Shown here: in pieces, positions 42,944 through 57,070 of the stretch | Layout of the letters: the number at the start of each line of letters is the position of its first letter | Position numbering within the stretch: the first letter of the stretch is position 1 | Position numbers and translations under genes: made by a program | The notes under the pieces: generated by a model | Told to the model about the DNA's origin: nothing | Database searches by the model: none | The model's input: only the letters and a program-made list of their open reading frames with translations | Assembly: GCF_006345805.1 (NCBI RefSeq) | Contig: NC_043008.1 | Location: 16,492,001 to 16,556,000 of the forward strand | Source: Octopus sinensis | Taxonomy: Eukaryota | Length of the DNA: 64,000 bases | Direction: 5' to 3'

Positions 42944-43152
42944 GCAGTTGTATATTGTCAACTTAACGTAACAGTCCCATAAAGGGAATCACACCACTGC
43001 TATTTACCCCTAGGAAACATCAATGCTTCCTGTCGGCCTTGACAGGAAATGTGTCAAGGCCTATAGGAAGCGTTGATGCTTCTTAGGGCTAAGTAGCAGT
43101 GCTGTGATTCCCTTTTTGGGACTCTCTCGTTAAGTTGACAGTATACAACTGC
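42944..43152. repeat. fold-back: 101-bp inverted arms with a 7-nt loop
   Basis: 42944-43044 versus the reverse complement of 43052-43152: 88/101 identical by manual alignment, no indels. Confidence 0.93.
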
Positions 43153-44364
43153 TCCACTTAAATATCTATGCACTGAAAGAGTACGAACACATTTTACGAG
43201 ACGTGTAGAATTTGATGAAACAGTTCCATCAGAAGTAATACCGTTTTCTATTTAAAACAGAAAACCTAATAGTAATTTACCGAGCATATTTGACTTAGCA
43301 TATTAACGAAAATGTTTTCAGAGCGAACAGAATTAAAAATATGTTTTTCTCTATTTAGACATGGCCGAAGTTTACAGAATATTTTCCATCATTTATGCAC
43401 CTATAGAATTTGTTTGGATCAGTGTCTGCTTCATTTACCACCAGCTTTGTTAATTTCGTCATCTTTACTTGGCGCAGAGATTAATAATTTATTAACTGAA
43501 CTGAAGCGAATAATTTCTTTCTGTAACGTCCTATCTACCTCACTTACTCACTAATTCAATTTCTATCACTTCCTCCCACTCGTCCCTTCTCTCTTTTCAA
43601 ACAGGACTGCATGCACAAGATTAAGCGATTTGCAACGATGCTTATTCTGTTTACGTTGAATCGTGATCTACCATGTTTGAAAGGTGCTGTTTATTGACAA
43701 GTTTGCAAAACCTTCCTCCTATACAGACATTGGATTCTATTGCATAACACAAGCTGTCGTTTACACCAAATCTACTAATCAATGTTCAGTGTTCTTAGAG
43801 AACGGTAGATTGTGTTAGAATGTGAATGGTAAATATTTGAAGAACGATATTCCATGTACACATCTAATAATACAATCAGAGTCTATCGATTTTCTTTTTG
43901 TTTGAACTGTGACTTAATTTTCCGTGAGTGACCAAGCGCTTAACTTCCAGAATATTCATTTAAGGCCAGTATATTTCTTACAAGTTATTGATAAATGAAT
44001 CACTTGCTTCTCTAACCGATATGTAGATGAAAGTCGCAATTGAAATGTAATGCTGTTTATTTCTACAACCTGTCGGAACACATGCAAATTGTCGGGCTCT
44101 CGACTCGGTCTATCATGCAATGGACATAGTGAAACTTCATTATAATTTACAGTTTATAAACCTAAGTGTTTCCTACTGAAATAATCAATGCAAAGTCGTA
44201 CATTAATTACATTAAAAATGTAATGACTAATTCTGCTTACGCTGCTGACAACGCCATGACCAGCATCACAACCAAACCCACCTAGCTCCCACCACACTAC
44301 CGCTACCACACAACAACACCACCAACAGCAACAATAAAAAAAGAACAAAAATAACAACAGCAAA

Positions 44365-44398
<34 letters not shown>

Positions 44399-44408
44399 GC
44401 TACTACTA

Positions 44409-44440
<32 letters not shown>

Positions 44441-44575
44441 ACTACTAAACTTTAGTATGAAATATCGATCAGTGCCGTGCCCTAAATTTACCGATCCTAA
44501 TTCTTTCCATTTTTTATTTATTTTTCAACAAATAGCGATGAACCTAGCAACGGCAGCAGCAGCAGCAGTAGTAAC

Positions 44576-44650
<75 letters not shown>

Positions 44651-44710
44651 GGTGGCGGCGGTGGTACTGGTAGTGGTAGTAGTAGTAGTAGTAGTAGTAG
44701 TAGCAGCAAC

Positions 44711-44748
<38 letters not shown>

Positions 44749-44798
44749 GAGTAGTAGTAGTAGTAGTAGTAGGAGGAGGAGGAGGAGGAGGAGGAGGA
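44365..44798. repeat. (CTA)n(CTG)n and (CAG)n(TAG)n/(GGT)n/(GGA)n microsatellite blocks
   Basis: Seen directly. It explains the poly-V, poly-L and poly-Y ORFs. Confidence 0.95.
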
Positions 44799-44965
44799 AT
44801 AAAATTTCAGAGATGTTGTTGGTTGAGCAGCAGACACATGACCGTTCAGATCATGAATCTCGTGTGATAAACGCCTGGTAAAGGATTAAAATAATGTGAA
44901 TATATATGTTGTATATGTGTGTGTTTATGTATTTACATGTCTATCTATCTATCTATCTATCGATA

Positions 44966-45010
<45 letters not shown>

Positions 45011-45011
45011 G

Positions 45012-45116
<105 letters not shown>

Positions 45117-45741
45117 CATATACACATGACTGCAGGCACACATACAAATTGATAACAGAAGTGAAATGTTAAAATAAGTGTATAATACATTTGTTGATAG
45201 TTTTTTGTCAATCTGTGTTAGTTACATAAACGGCGCTACATTGCAGCAACGTGCGTCACACGTATAAATTAGTATATACACACACACATGCATACACCCA
45301 CACACACACACACATACCACGTGGATATCATTGTGCTGTAACATAACATACCGACTATATATCAGAGCATTTCATGGTAAGTCAAAACACCAGACTCTGT
45401 TATGAAATAGTTTCATTATATCGTTACAGACAATAGATGCGTTTGGTCAGTCTTAATCTATTATCAATCCTAGCAATAAGTTTATAGACTGATATAGAAA
45501 ATGATATATACTATGTAAATGAAACGACAATTTAAAATTGAGGGATCCGTTATATCCAAATAATGTAATTTTTTAAACCTATATCAATTGAATAGAGGAC
45601 TTCAACGTATGAATGCATATATGCATGTTAGCGTGCATGTGTTTGTGGATGTATGTGTGCATTTACTCCATAATAGTTACGTAGAACTGTGTGTAATGTA
45701 GAAAAGTGTCTAAACTATAAGTACTGTAACATATTACGATT

Positions 45742-46050
45742 TACTTGCATAGCAAGTGACCTGATCTGAGATCGTGTGCTGTAACGAAAACAATAGCAGC
45801 GTGGAAGGTGTTTATAAACCATTTAAGAAGCACAAAACACCGTTAAATTCACTACAATATTTAAATTTAATTTGTCAAAATATTTTCGTTGCTTTGAGAC
45901 CGCGATCTGTTCACTGAGATGCAACACGGAATTTTGCCAGTGAAGAGGTCGCGGTCTCAAAGCGACGAAAATATTTTCACAAATTAAATTTAAATTTTCC
46001 AGTGAATTTAACAGTTCTTTTGTGTTTCTTAAATGGCTTATAAACACTTT
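45742..46050. mobile_element. palindromic MITE-like/fold-back element, probably truncated on the right
   Basis: Inverted arms of about 110-120 bp (45805 onward versus up to 46050) include aaatattttcgtYgctttgagaccgcga. The left terminal 15-mer TACTTGCATAGCAAG occurs inverted at 42815-42829. Confidence 0.75.
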
Positions 46051-47525
46051 CTACTGTAACATATTGTTAATTATCTATTGCATTTACTGTAAATAAATCT
46101 TCCACTGTGTTTCGAATATTTTAATTAAATTGTCGCGTCGTATTTTGTCTCTGGCCAAATTTTTGATGCGTAAATTAGCAAGTCCTATTTGTTGATCGTT
46201 CGGTACGATGGACAATCAAATGCGCTTTGGGCTCACAACATAACGTAATAGAAGTAGTGCTATTTTCATGGATAAAACTGGCTAGCGAACCATGTTAATT
46301 ATTCGGTTTTCAGAAGCAAGACATTTTACAAAGCATTTGTTGAAGTTATTATTTTAGGTTCCCTGAATATCATGTCTTACTGATATCTATCCACTACCCT
46401 AGGATAGATCGATTGTGTGTGTGTATGTGACTGTGTATGTGACTGTGTGTGTGTGTGTGTGCGTATTCATTTGTGCGAATATGTGTGTCGAATTTTTTTA
46501 ATCAACGGAATACACCGCGCCTTGATTTATAGTTTCAACAGTTACAAATGACACGATATGTAACAGAACTTTTTCATTCAATAATCTGTATTTAATACCA
46601 AATGAATACCAAATGGGAATGGTTGCTTCGGGGTCATAAACAGGAACGTAATCATTTATGACCCCTTTTCTGCTAAATTAAATTGTCGATAAAAAATAAA
46701 ACAAAATGTCAGTCATTTTTTAATGAATTTCAATAGGTTCTTTCCATGTAAAAGAATACAGTATTTTTTTTACTAAAAATACCACTCTTATAGAACAGCA
46801 CCTGATAGTCAGAAAGAACATATCTAGGAAACTATATACGTTCTTTTTAGCTACGAAGTGAGATGAGAAAATACACATATAAAGTGATAAGGGAAAATAC
46901 ACATATAAAGTGATAAGGGAAAATATACTATAGCATTTGCAGTAAAATCGATATATTTTTTTAGACGGAATTTCACCGAGATTATATGCCCGTTACACCC
47001 AAGGTCTCGGAATCCTATGCAAGGCTGATATTTTTGAAGACATGTATCACTAATATTTATACATTGCTGCACAAATCAAAAATAGATAAATAAAATAGTA
47101 CCGTATAATCATTCTTCGTCTTGCAAGTGTATGTTAACAAGAACCTGAGGCGTAGTTGATGATGAACATTAACTTGCCTCTGGGGTGATGTGCATCTCTG
47201 TTTTCCTCCTGCCCGGCTCAAAGTACCGAAATACAATTGGGTCTTGGGAGTGATATCATAGATATTGAGTAAGACAGTGATATGTTTATACAACACGTAT
47301 ATGATTGTAATCTGGCTTAGCGAATCTCCCAAAAGGTCGTCACGCAATCAGCAAAACACATTTGTGTGAAATAAGCTTGCCGATATCGATACAAAGCCAA
47401 ATCCAATACAAATATGAAAGTACTAAATCCATTATTATTTGATAAACATATTCATACCGAATTCAAACAAATAAATATATAGACATATCCACAAGTACGT
47501 ATCCATGTGCATGTACATTATGTAC

Positions 47526-47591
<66 letters not shown>

Positions 47592-48079
47592 GTGCGTGTG
47601 TATGTGTTAGTATGAGTTTGGGTTTATGCAAAGGAAGTGCACGAATACATAAAGGTATTTAAGCAGGAGCAGCTATGACACCGAAGTGCATCGTTCGTAC
47701 CGCCTGAATCCATGTTCGATTTCTTTGTATGGTACACAAGGGTAACTACGATCTGCCCTAATCTCACATCGCCTAATATATTGTGAATGCAATTTGATGG
47801 GAAGACACATCACGCAAGTATATCTCTACGCATAAATACATATGTGAATGTACACGCACGTATACACACACAAACACACACACACACACACACGTATGAG
47901 TAGAGAAATGAAAGAAAGATACGCTCAATACATTTGGTAGAAAATACATATACCAACAATTTTACTTCACAAGGCTTAACATTTCGTTGGCTCGCTGGCC
48001 GAATCTATCTATCTATCTTCGTGTCTGTCTGTCTGTTTGTATGTGTGTGTATAATTATATATATATATATGCACGTGTA

Positions 48080-48129
<50 letters not shown>

Positions 48130-48164
48130 ATATATATATAATATATATATAATATATATATATC

Positions 48165-48388
48165 TTACTACCCACAAGAGGCTAAACACAGAGGGGACAA
48201 ACAAGGACAGACAAACGGATTAAGTCGATTACATCGATCCCAGTGCGTAACTGGTACTTAATTTATCGACCCCGAAAGGATGAAAGGCAAAGTCGATCTC
48301 GGCGGAATTTGAAGTCAGAACATAGCGGCAGACGAAATACGGCTACGCATTTCGCCCGGCATGCTAACGTTCCTGCCAGCTCACCGTG
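48165..48388 (-). mobile_element. family C SINE, full length
   Basis: Colinear with 19670-19902. Confidence 0.88.
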
Positions 48389-48453
48389 TGTGAATGTATG
48401 TGCGTGCATATATATATATATATATATATATATTATTATATATATATATATAT

Positions 48454-48504
<51 letters not shown>

Positions 48505-50312
48505 TATATGCACGTACATACACTCACACACGTACATACATACGTACGTACTTAGGAATGTATGTATGCACATCTATATATTCAGGGAGTCGATAATCTT
48601 CCTTATTATTTACAAAAGTATATTGATATCCTCGCCTGAGTTGCACACACACACACACACACACTCTGTTGCTGTGAAGAAAGCAGCATTAAAAATCGTT
48701 ATACCTCATCACTTTTACAGTGAATCCAATCATAGTAATGCAGAGTAATACAAGTCAAAGGGCATCGTATTACTTGTAGCCTAAGGGAAAAACTCAATTC
48801 TCCCGGCCCTGCTTTCACAAATCTCGGAGCGATGATCAATTGATATTAGTTTTAACTTTTCACCAGGGGGAATCAGATGGTCGTGTTTATACACGAACGC
48901 ATTATTGGCAATACTGTTGACAATCAGTATCGCTCTGTTATATCAACTGGAAATATCGAGGCACACGTATTTATGCAACCTTAGTCCACTCTAAATTAAT
49001 ATCTTACAGAAAGTAACATTAAAAAATATATTTTCTGAGTGCAACTTATAATTGATTATTTGCAATATACAGTGCAAACCTGTGCAATGAAGGAATATAT
49101 TGGATTGAATCAATATATTGCTCCTAGTGATTATTCAATATCGAAATAGTTTATATGTTATTGTGTAAAAAGTATACATGTTACAGGGCATTTATTCCAC
49201 CATTCAACCATTTCACCCCAGCCCCAAATCCAGAGAATATCATATCAATAAGTATTGTTTCGTTTATTCAGATGCAAGGTACAATTTTTCATAAAAGCAT
49301 GAGTGTTTATCGAAAATCCACATCACTACATTTTATTACATACGCATTCATCATTATCATCAGTAATATCACACTACGACATACTTTCAATAAAACCCAC
49401 CAATCATATAATTGTTTTTGTTTACAGCTGTTATGAATAAAGTGCTCAAACATAATTGTACATATATTTCCGAACGGACCGGTAGCTGTTCACTCAAGCA
49501 AAAGAAATATTAATATTAATGCAATCTTTTATTTCGTATTTTACATTTATTTTACTTAAAGAGAAGATAAAACTTAAATTCATTTGGTTATGTATTAGTC
49601 AATTATTAATATGTTTTAATTCGCCCAATACATGTATTTTGGTAATAAAAGAAACTACACAATCTACGTGAGGTTTCCCACCATGTAGTTAAGTTTTAAA
49701 AAATAATGTGATTCAATATTAAGAATTAGTTCCCAGTGTTTTGAATGTTAGACATCAATATATGCACGAAAACGAGCATATTAAAATAAAAGAAAGTAAT
49801 GGAAATTGTTGAGTAGGTCTGAATTTTGTGTTAAATATCGAGATTACCAGCGCAGATGTCGCTGCATTAGCAAATCCTGAACACCTAAAAAAAAAAATTG
49901 AACATATAGATACTTATATCAGAAGTTAGTTTAAAAGAAACAGCAGAGATGTATTTGACTGGATTGCTGCTTATGGCTTATGCCACGAGTAGACTTATAT
50001 ATGTCCAGCAGTTTTGCAATAATAACGACTGATGTATGAATAAACATATCTATATTGTACGACATTTATAAATTTGAATTATCTCAAGCTGATTCAACCC
50101 CGTTGGTTTCCTACTCTATAATTTTACATGCTAAATGGCATCATATTTTCAAAACATGCAAAGACGTAGTTTTTAGCCCTTGCAGTGAGAAAAATAAAAT
50201 AAAATAAAAAACTTCATGGTTATTGAGGTAACGATGCTAAATATCTACCAATTGGTGTTGTCTGCAAGTGAGGTTGCCTCAAATAAAACTTGAGATATCT
50301 CAACAGAATATA

Positions 50313-50543
50313 CATTTCTTTACTACCCACAAGGAGCTAAACACAGAGGGGACAAACAAGGACCGAAAAACGGATTAAGTCGATTACATCGACCCCAGTG
50401 CGTAACTGGTACTTAATTTATCGACCCCGAAAGGATGAAAGGCAAAGTCGACCTCGGCAGAATTTGAACTCGGAACGTGACGACAGATGAATACGGCTAC
50501 GCATTTCGCCCGGCGCGCTAACGTTTCTGCCAGCTCACCGCCT
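50313..50543 (-). mobile_element. family C SINE, full length
   Basis: 15-bp TSD TCTCAACAGAATATA at 50298-50312 and 50548-50562. Confidence 0.92.
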
Positions 50544-53382
50544 ATATTCTCAACAGAATATAGTTTCAAACATGACGTTCCCCAGTAAAATACAGATTGT
50601 TTTATATTTAACTGTATTCCGCAGTAAAAGTATCCGTTCCCTTAGGAGAATCAGTAAGATAAATGTTCAAATTCTCTGTCAAATTTCATTACCTAAGCTT
50701 GACTCGGGTTGAGATTTTAATAAAATGTCATTTGTTTAAGTAACTACAGATTTAGAGTTGACCCAATTCCTCACGATAGGAAAAAGCGCATTCCTTAATA
50801 AATTTAATACAATTGCGTCCATAAATGAACAATAATTCATGTTCGTACAATTCTTTATGATTGGTAAGTCCGGTAATCGTCTACGCCGCAGAATAACTGT
50901 AAATTTTGTTCTGATGAGAACAAAGGCGGTAAATATATATGCAGTTATATACAAACATATATACATACATACATAAATACATAAATACATACATACATAC
51001 ATACATACATACATACATACATACATACATACATACATACACACACATACACACAGACTACACGTACTTATAGAGAAACAATTATACATATTCATGAACA
51101 ACCCCCCACACACAGACAGACAAACACGCACACATACGAGAATATATATGATTGCTTTACACACACACACACACACTCACAGACACACACACACACACAC
51201 ATACATATACGCATATCTTGTCTGGTCACTAGATTAATTATTAGAAAGGATTTAACTATTTATTGATAGTCACGTATATTGGTCTGTTATAGTAGTGTAT
51301 AGTATTTAGCTGAATACTTAGAATTATAGCCATATATGTGTGTGCCTGATTGTCTGTGTATGTGTATCTGTGTGTGGGCTGTGTTGTCTGTGTGGTCTGC
51401 GTGTATTTGTATACGTGAATTCATTCCGTCTCTGTTTAACCCGGCTCCCGTGGCATTTATTCGACCGGGACAATACATTACCCACTGGATAAAACGCCAA
51501 TCTATCACATTCTTTTTCATCCGATTAAATACAAGCAAAACCTACCGCGCTTCCCGGTCAGGGAATCGAACGAAAGACTTCATCATGCCACAATATACTA
51601 ACCACAAGGCAACTAATCATCACACACATATGTGTCAGCTCGTGCTTATCTCCGCATATAATTACAAGCATTTATGTGTTTATAAACGTGTATTTGTGTC
51701 CACATCTTTGTGACCAGTTCATGACAAACGGACGACCTACGTACAATGTTATTTAATTTCTTCTCACGTGTTTCTTATCTATAGAATATAAAGGTTTGCT
51801 CAAGTGTAGAATACTGTAATTTGTTGTATTCCCATGTTAACTCAACGTTAACACTAACCAAAGCGTTATCTGTTGTAACAGGAATTTGTTTTATTATAAT
51901 ACGCCAATAAACACTTCTTGTGACAGAGAAGGTCAAAGAGAGTTTTTATTTAGACATTTCTTTTTTTCTTCAATGGGTGTGTGATTGAAATGTCGTTCTT
52001 GCTAGCGACAAAGTTTTTCTTGCAACTTTATCACAGACATCTGGTGAATTACTTGTAGTTCTTCTATATATGCAAAGAACTAAACCGCCAATAACAGATA
52101 TTCACTTGATGAATCTCACGATCTGTCTCAACCAAACCACATCAAGATAGCATAATAAGAGAGTTTAAACGAGCGAAAGAGAGGCTCAATGTAAAACCAA
52201 AATCGCTCCGTTTGATACTGCCGTAACCTTAAGTTGTATAAAACGTCTGTATGAATGTTAAATGAAGTGAAATGAAAGTCAGTGAAAGTGACAGCAAATC
52301 TGTATAATAAGATGTCGGATGGTCGTCCATGCTTCTTATTCCAATTAATTGTCATCTTCCTTTACAGAGAAATTCCAATGCCAAAAGTACGACTTTATGC
52401 ACCACTGAACAATTACCGAGAATATACTTTGCTATTTCAGTGTACTTCTTTATTGCTATTTTAGGCAATAATTCGCTCATTTCAAAGCCGCTATTTCTTT
52501 GTATGTCTTTATTCTTTGTTAAGTTTATTTTCATTCATTCCTTTTATCATGTAAAAACTTCCATACCAATGCATTTCATTTCCAAATCTAGAAGTTACTA
52601 GCGATGTCTTGAATAATCTTTACGACATTTTCCTAACTATTAATACCTAGAAGTAGATGAAACGAAAGAAACTTCTGCTACAACTAGAATAATAAAAGCC
52701 TACCCAATAACTCAAACAATAGAAATATTTTCCGAATTGTTTTCGATTCTATTCAATGTCTGCCGGATAGAGTCTAACAGTAAATCTGTAACTAAGTGTA
52801 ACGAGTAAGTTTATGTATCTAAATATCACCGAGGGACAAAGAAATAAACTCAACGGTTGAAACGAGATGGTGTTCACCAGATCGTTGCATAATTCCTTTC
52901 ATATGATGCTACACATATTATATGATAATTACACTAGAAACCAATTATTAATATATAATTATTCATTCTAATTACTCTACATAAGTTAAAGTAAAAATTA
53001 TCACCTTTATTCTGAATACTGCACTTTAATCGCAGAAGTGCTTAAATTGTTTCTTAGTTCAGACGTCCTTTTGTTCATAAACTGTGGAAAATTGTTTAAA
53101 AAAGCAATAAATGGTAATTATCTTGAGATCTGTAGAACAAATGGTTCTACTTGGCTAATGTTGAGCGACATATACATAATGTATATGTGCATACTTACAT
53201 TCATATGTACGTATGTATGTATGCCTGTGTGTGTGTTAGTTAATATATACATATATATAAATATATATATATATATGAGTGTGTGTGTTTGTGTGTGTTA
53301 GTTAATATGTGTGTGTGTGTGTGCATACATAGCAATAAATATTCAGAGATATATAGATAGAGAGGTAGACAGACAGGTAGAT

Positions 53383-53413
<31 letters not shown>

Positions 53414-53804
53414 CTGGGAAGGTTGATAGACATGTAGGTAGGTCGGTAGGTAGGTAGGTAGGTAGGTAGGTAGGTAGGTAGGTAGGTAGGTAGGGATGTG
53501 TGGAGGTAGGTAGATTAATAGATACATTCGTACATACATCCGTACTTATACGTATGAGCAGATGCCTGAATATATATAGTGAGATAGAGCAACAGGGATA
53601 GGCAGAGACGGTGACGTTGGGAAGGTTAATATCAAAATGGAGATGAGAAACAACGTGACGGAATCTATCATAAAATCGCACAGAAAAAATTAACAACACA
53701 ATAAAAGAAAAAAAATTCCAGCTTATGAAACCAACCGCCATATCGTTAAGCTATACACTCCAAAAACAAAAAAAAAACATCCCTTACTTTGTACTAACTT
53801 CATA

Positions 53805-54191
53805 TGGAAGCACTCCATCGGTTACGACGACGAGGGTTCCGGTTGATCCGAATCAACGGAACAGCCTGCTCGTGAAATTAACGTGTAAGTGGCTGAGCAC
53901 TCCACAGACACGTGTACCCTTAACGTAGTTCTCGGGGATATTCAGCGTGACACAGAGAATGTGACAAGGCCGGCCCCTTGAAATACAGGTACAACAGAAA
54001 CAGGAAGTAAGAGTGAGAGAATGTTGTGGTGAAAGAGTACAGCAGGGATCACCACCATCCCCTGCCGGAGCCTCGTGGAGCTTTAGGTGTTTTCGCTCAA
54101 TAAACACTCACAACGCCCGGTCTGGGAATCGAAACCGCGATCCTATGACCGCGAGTCCGCTGCCCTAACCACTGGGCCATTGCGCCTCCAC
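53805..54191 (-). mobile_element. tRNA-derived SINE, family A, intact full-length copy
   Basis: tRNA-like head with an A box and the B box GGTTTCGATTCC. 13-bp TSD CTTTGTACTAACT at 53787-53799 and 54191-54203. Confidence 0.92.
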
Positions 54192-54295
54192 TTTGTACTA
54201 ACTATGTAGAATGTAATTACTGCATAATAGTTGTGTGCATAAGGAAAATAATATTACATGCACTTAATGTACGAGAAAAGCCATATCTATTTACT

Positions 54296-54703
54296 CTCTC
54301 TTTTACTCTTTTACTTGTTTCAGTCATTTGACTGCGGCCATGCTGGAGCGCCGCCTTTAGTCGAGCAAATCGACCCCGGGACTTGTTCTTTATGTAAGCC
54401 CAGTACTTATTCTATCGGTCTCTTTTGCCGAACCGCTAGGGGACGGGGACGTAAACACACCAGCATCGGTTGTCAAGCAATGCTAGGGGGACAAACACCG
54501 ACACACAAACACAAACACACATACATATATACATATATACGACAGGCTTCTTTCAGTTTCCGTCTACCAAATCCACTCACAAGGCATTGGTCGGCCCGGT
54601 GCTATAGCAGAAAACACTTGCCCAAGATGCCACACAGTGGGACTGAACCCGGAACCATGTGGTTGGTTAGCAAGCTATTTACCACACAGCCACTCCTGCG
54701 CCT
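54296..54703 (-). mobile_element. tRNA-derived SINE, family B (CORE-like), full length
   Basis: Head GGAGTGGCTGTGTGGTAAATAGC, B box GGTTCAGTCCC, CORE-like CTTGGGCAAGTG and an (AAAAGAGT)-type tail. Confidence 0.9.
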
Positions 54704-55404
54704 ATTTGATACAGTATTTAACAGTATTTGATACATACAATTGCTGTTAGCTTCATAATTTAAACATCACATCTTGCCATAATTTAAGACTTATCTGGTA
54801 GTGATTAGCTCCCTTAGAGCAACTGCCTCGTGAGGCGTCACGCTTACTGATAAATACTAGAAATGAGAATGCATACAAATAGCATAATTTGATTCTGTTG
54901 CGATTATAATTTTCATCCGTGAATTAAGATACATACAGAGAGAAATATGAAAGTATGGATAAATTTTTAACAGGCAAGAGATTCGCATTCATCTGATAGT
55001 CTTTATACTTAACAATACATCTCATGAGTATAATTGCAACGAAACGAAATATGATGTGTAATTGTTGATAACATACACATACTTTGGTATATATATATAG
55101 ATATATATATATATATATCTATAAAAGTAATATGTGACAAGTATTCGGTAGCCATGATAAAATTCCAAGTTCCGGATGCCGAGGTGGAAGTCCACGCCGT
55201 CATCTCTTCAGTTATCTGGCCATCCGAAAAATGCTATGTAAAATGACTATTATATAAAGGTAAATTATTGTGTGATTGACCTTTATTAAGACAAAAGAGT
55301 TATTTGAATGACCGCTAAATAAGGGAAGGGAGTAAAGTAAGGGTGTTGTTTCATCCATTCTTATCAATATATATATACATATATATATATATACGTATAT
55401 ATAT

Positions 55405-55484
<80 letters not shown>

Positions 55485-55564
55485 CTCATTCACACACACA
55501 TATATACATCTATACACAGAAAAACCTACTACAATTATAATACACAGGTCCAGGGGTAGTGCAA

Positions 55565-56240
55565 TCCGAGAGTCAGAGTCGTTGAGTAATCTGTGAATCC
55601 ACGTGATGCAACTTCCATGTGCATATTACCAAATGTTACTAATAATGTGCAGGTGAGTTGCTAGATGAATCCCGAGATCATTCAGGACCAGAAAGGTGCT
55701 TACAATGTTACTTCTAAGCAAAACTTTCGTTCTTAGTCGTCTGGAATATTGCTCACCGCTATGGTCACCACAGAGCGTCAAAATGGTGATGAAAGTTGAG
55801 GCAATCAAGCGCCACTATACAAAGAAGCGTGACTACGTGAAACAGATGACCGACAGGGAGAGACTAAATGTACTGAAACTCTACTTCCCAGAGAAAAGTC
55901 GTAAAAGATATGCCGTGGTATACATATTGAAGATGCCGGAAGTTCTAGCTCCCAAAACGGAATTGAAAGCTATACCAACTAGCGAGCTAGACGGCACTGC
56001 CTAGTCACAAAGATCCCGTCATCTCCACCTCGGATAAGGACCCAATTCTGTAATAACTTCGGTTTCAGGGAGGCACAACTATTCAAAATTCTCCCAAACA
56101 ACTTCGGATATATGCGAGATTTAGATGTTGGTCTTCATAGAACGTTTGGACAACTTTTAATTAAATAGCAAATGAACCTACATCGCTGCAAGGTGCACAA
56201 ACAAGAGCGGCTCTCTCTGACTCCCTACTTCAACCACCCC
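55565..56240 (+). mobile_element. CR1-type LINE ORF2 C-terminal fragment, decayed
   Basis: The peptide FRTRKVLTMLLLSKTFVLSRLEYCSPLWSP...EAIKRHYTKK...ERLNVLKLY...KRYAVVYILK matches the CR1/L2 post-RT signature (RxxLEYCxxxWSP...ERLxxLxLxSL). Stops and frameshifts occur on both sides. Confidence 0.85.
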
Positions 56241-56719
56241 CACCAAAAATAAAAACCAGTACAGAAAGGAAACCCAGACACACTGGGAGGCAGAAATCCA
56301 GCATAAAAGAACTCCATACACCAGATACAAGAAGACATATGTGTGTATGTGCACATGTGTGTAGGTATGTGTGTACATATAATATATATTATAGCATATA
56401 TAATATACATATACATATATATGTATGTAAATAATATATATATGACTATATGTGTATGTGTGTTTTTGTGTGTGCGTGCGTGCGTATGTGTAAGACTTTA
56501 AAGAAAAACCGTAAGACTATTTTTTCTGGTATGTCACGACCGTATTATTGGTGGTGAAATTAAATCGATAGACAAAATAAACCGAGAGAAATTCCACGAT
56601 TCCCAAATGAAATCATGTCATAAAAGTTTGCAGATTGTTTCATATAAATTGCATGTCAAACAGCAATTATATAAAATCACTAAATACTTGTTAGGCTGCA
56701 TTTAATACATATATACGCT

Positions 56720-56737
56720 GTACGTATGTTTGTGTGC

Positions 56738-56813
<76 letters not shown>

Positions 56814-56859
56814 ATATGTGTGTGTATATATGTATATATATATTATATATATATATATA

Positions 56860-56894
<35 letters not shown>

Positions 56895-56897
56895 ATG

Positions 56898-56941
<44 letters not shown>

Positions 56942-56942
56942 C

Positions 56943-56975
<33 letters not shown>

Positions 56976-56997
56976 TATAACTATAGATATATATATT

Positions 56998-57028
<31 letters not shown>

Positions 57029-57070
57029 GTGTGTGTGTGTGTATGTGTGTGTATGTATGCATGTATATAT
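56720..57070. repeat. long (TA)n/(TATATG)n tract
   Basis: Seen directly. Confidence 0.95.

Noticed and set aside
48867-48966. Candidate exon after ttttcaccag
   Set aside because: The donor is weak, two frames are open and neither peptide is recognisable.
54110-54191. tRNA gene
   Set aside because: The tRNA-like A and B boxes belong to a SINE head; there is no full cloverleaf or terminator.
55150-55215. Minus-strand CTGAAGA plus stem resembling a hammerhead
   Set aside because: GAAA is replaced by CGGAA and stems I and III cannot be formed.
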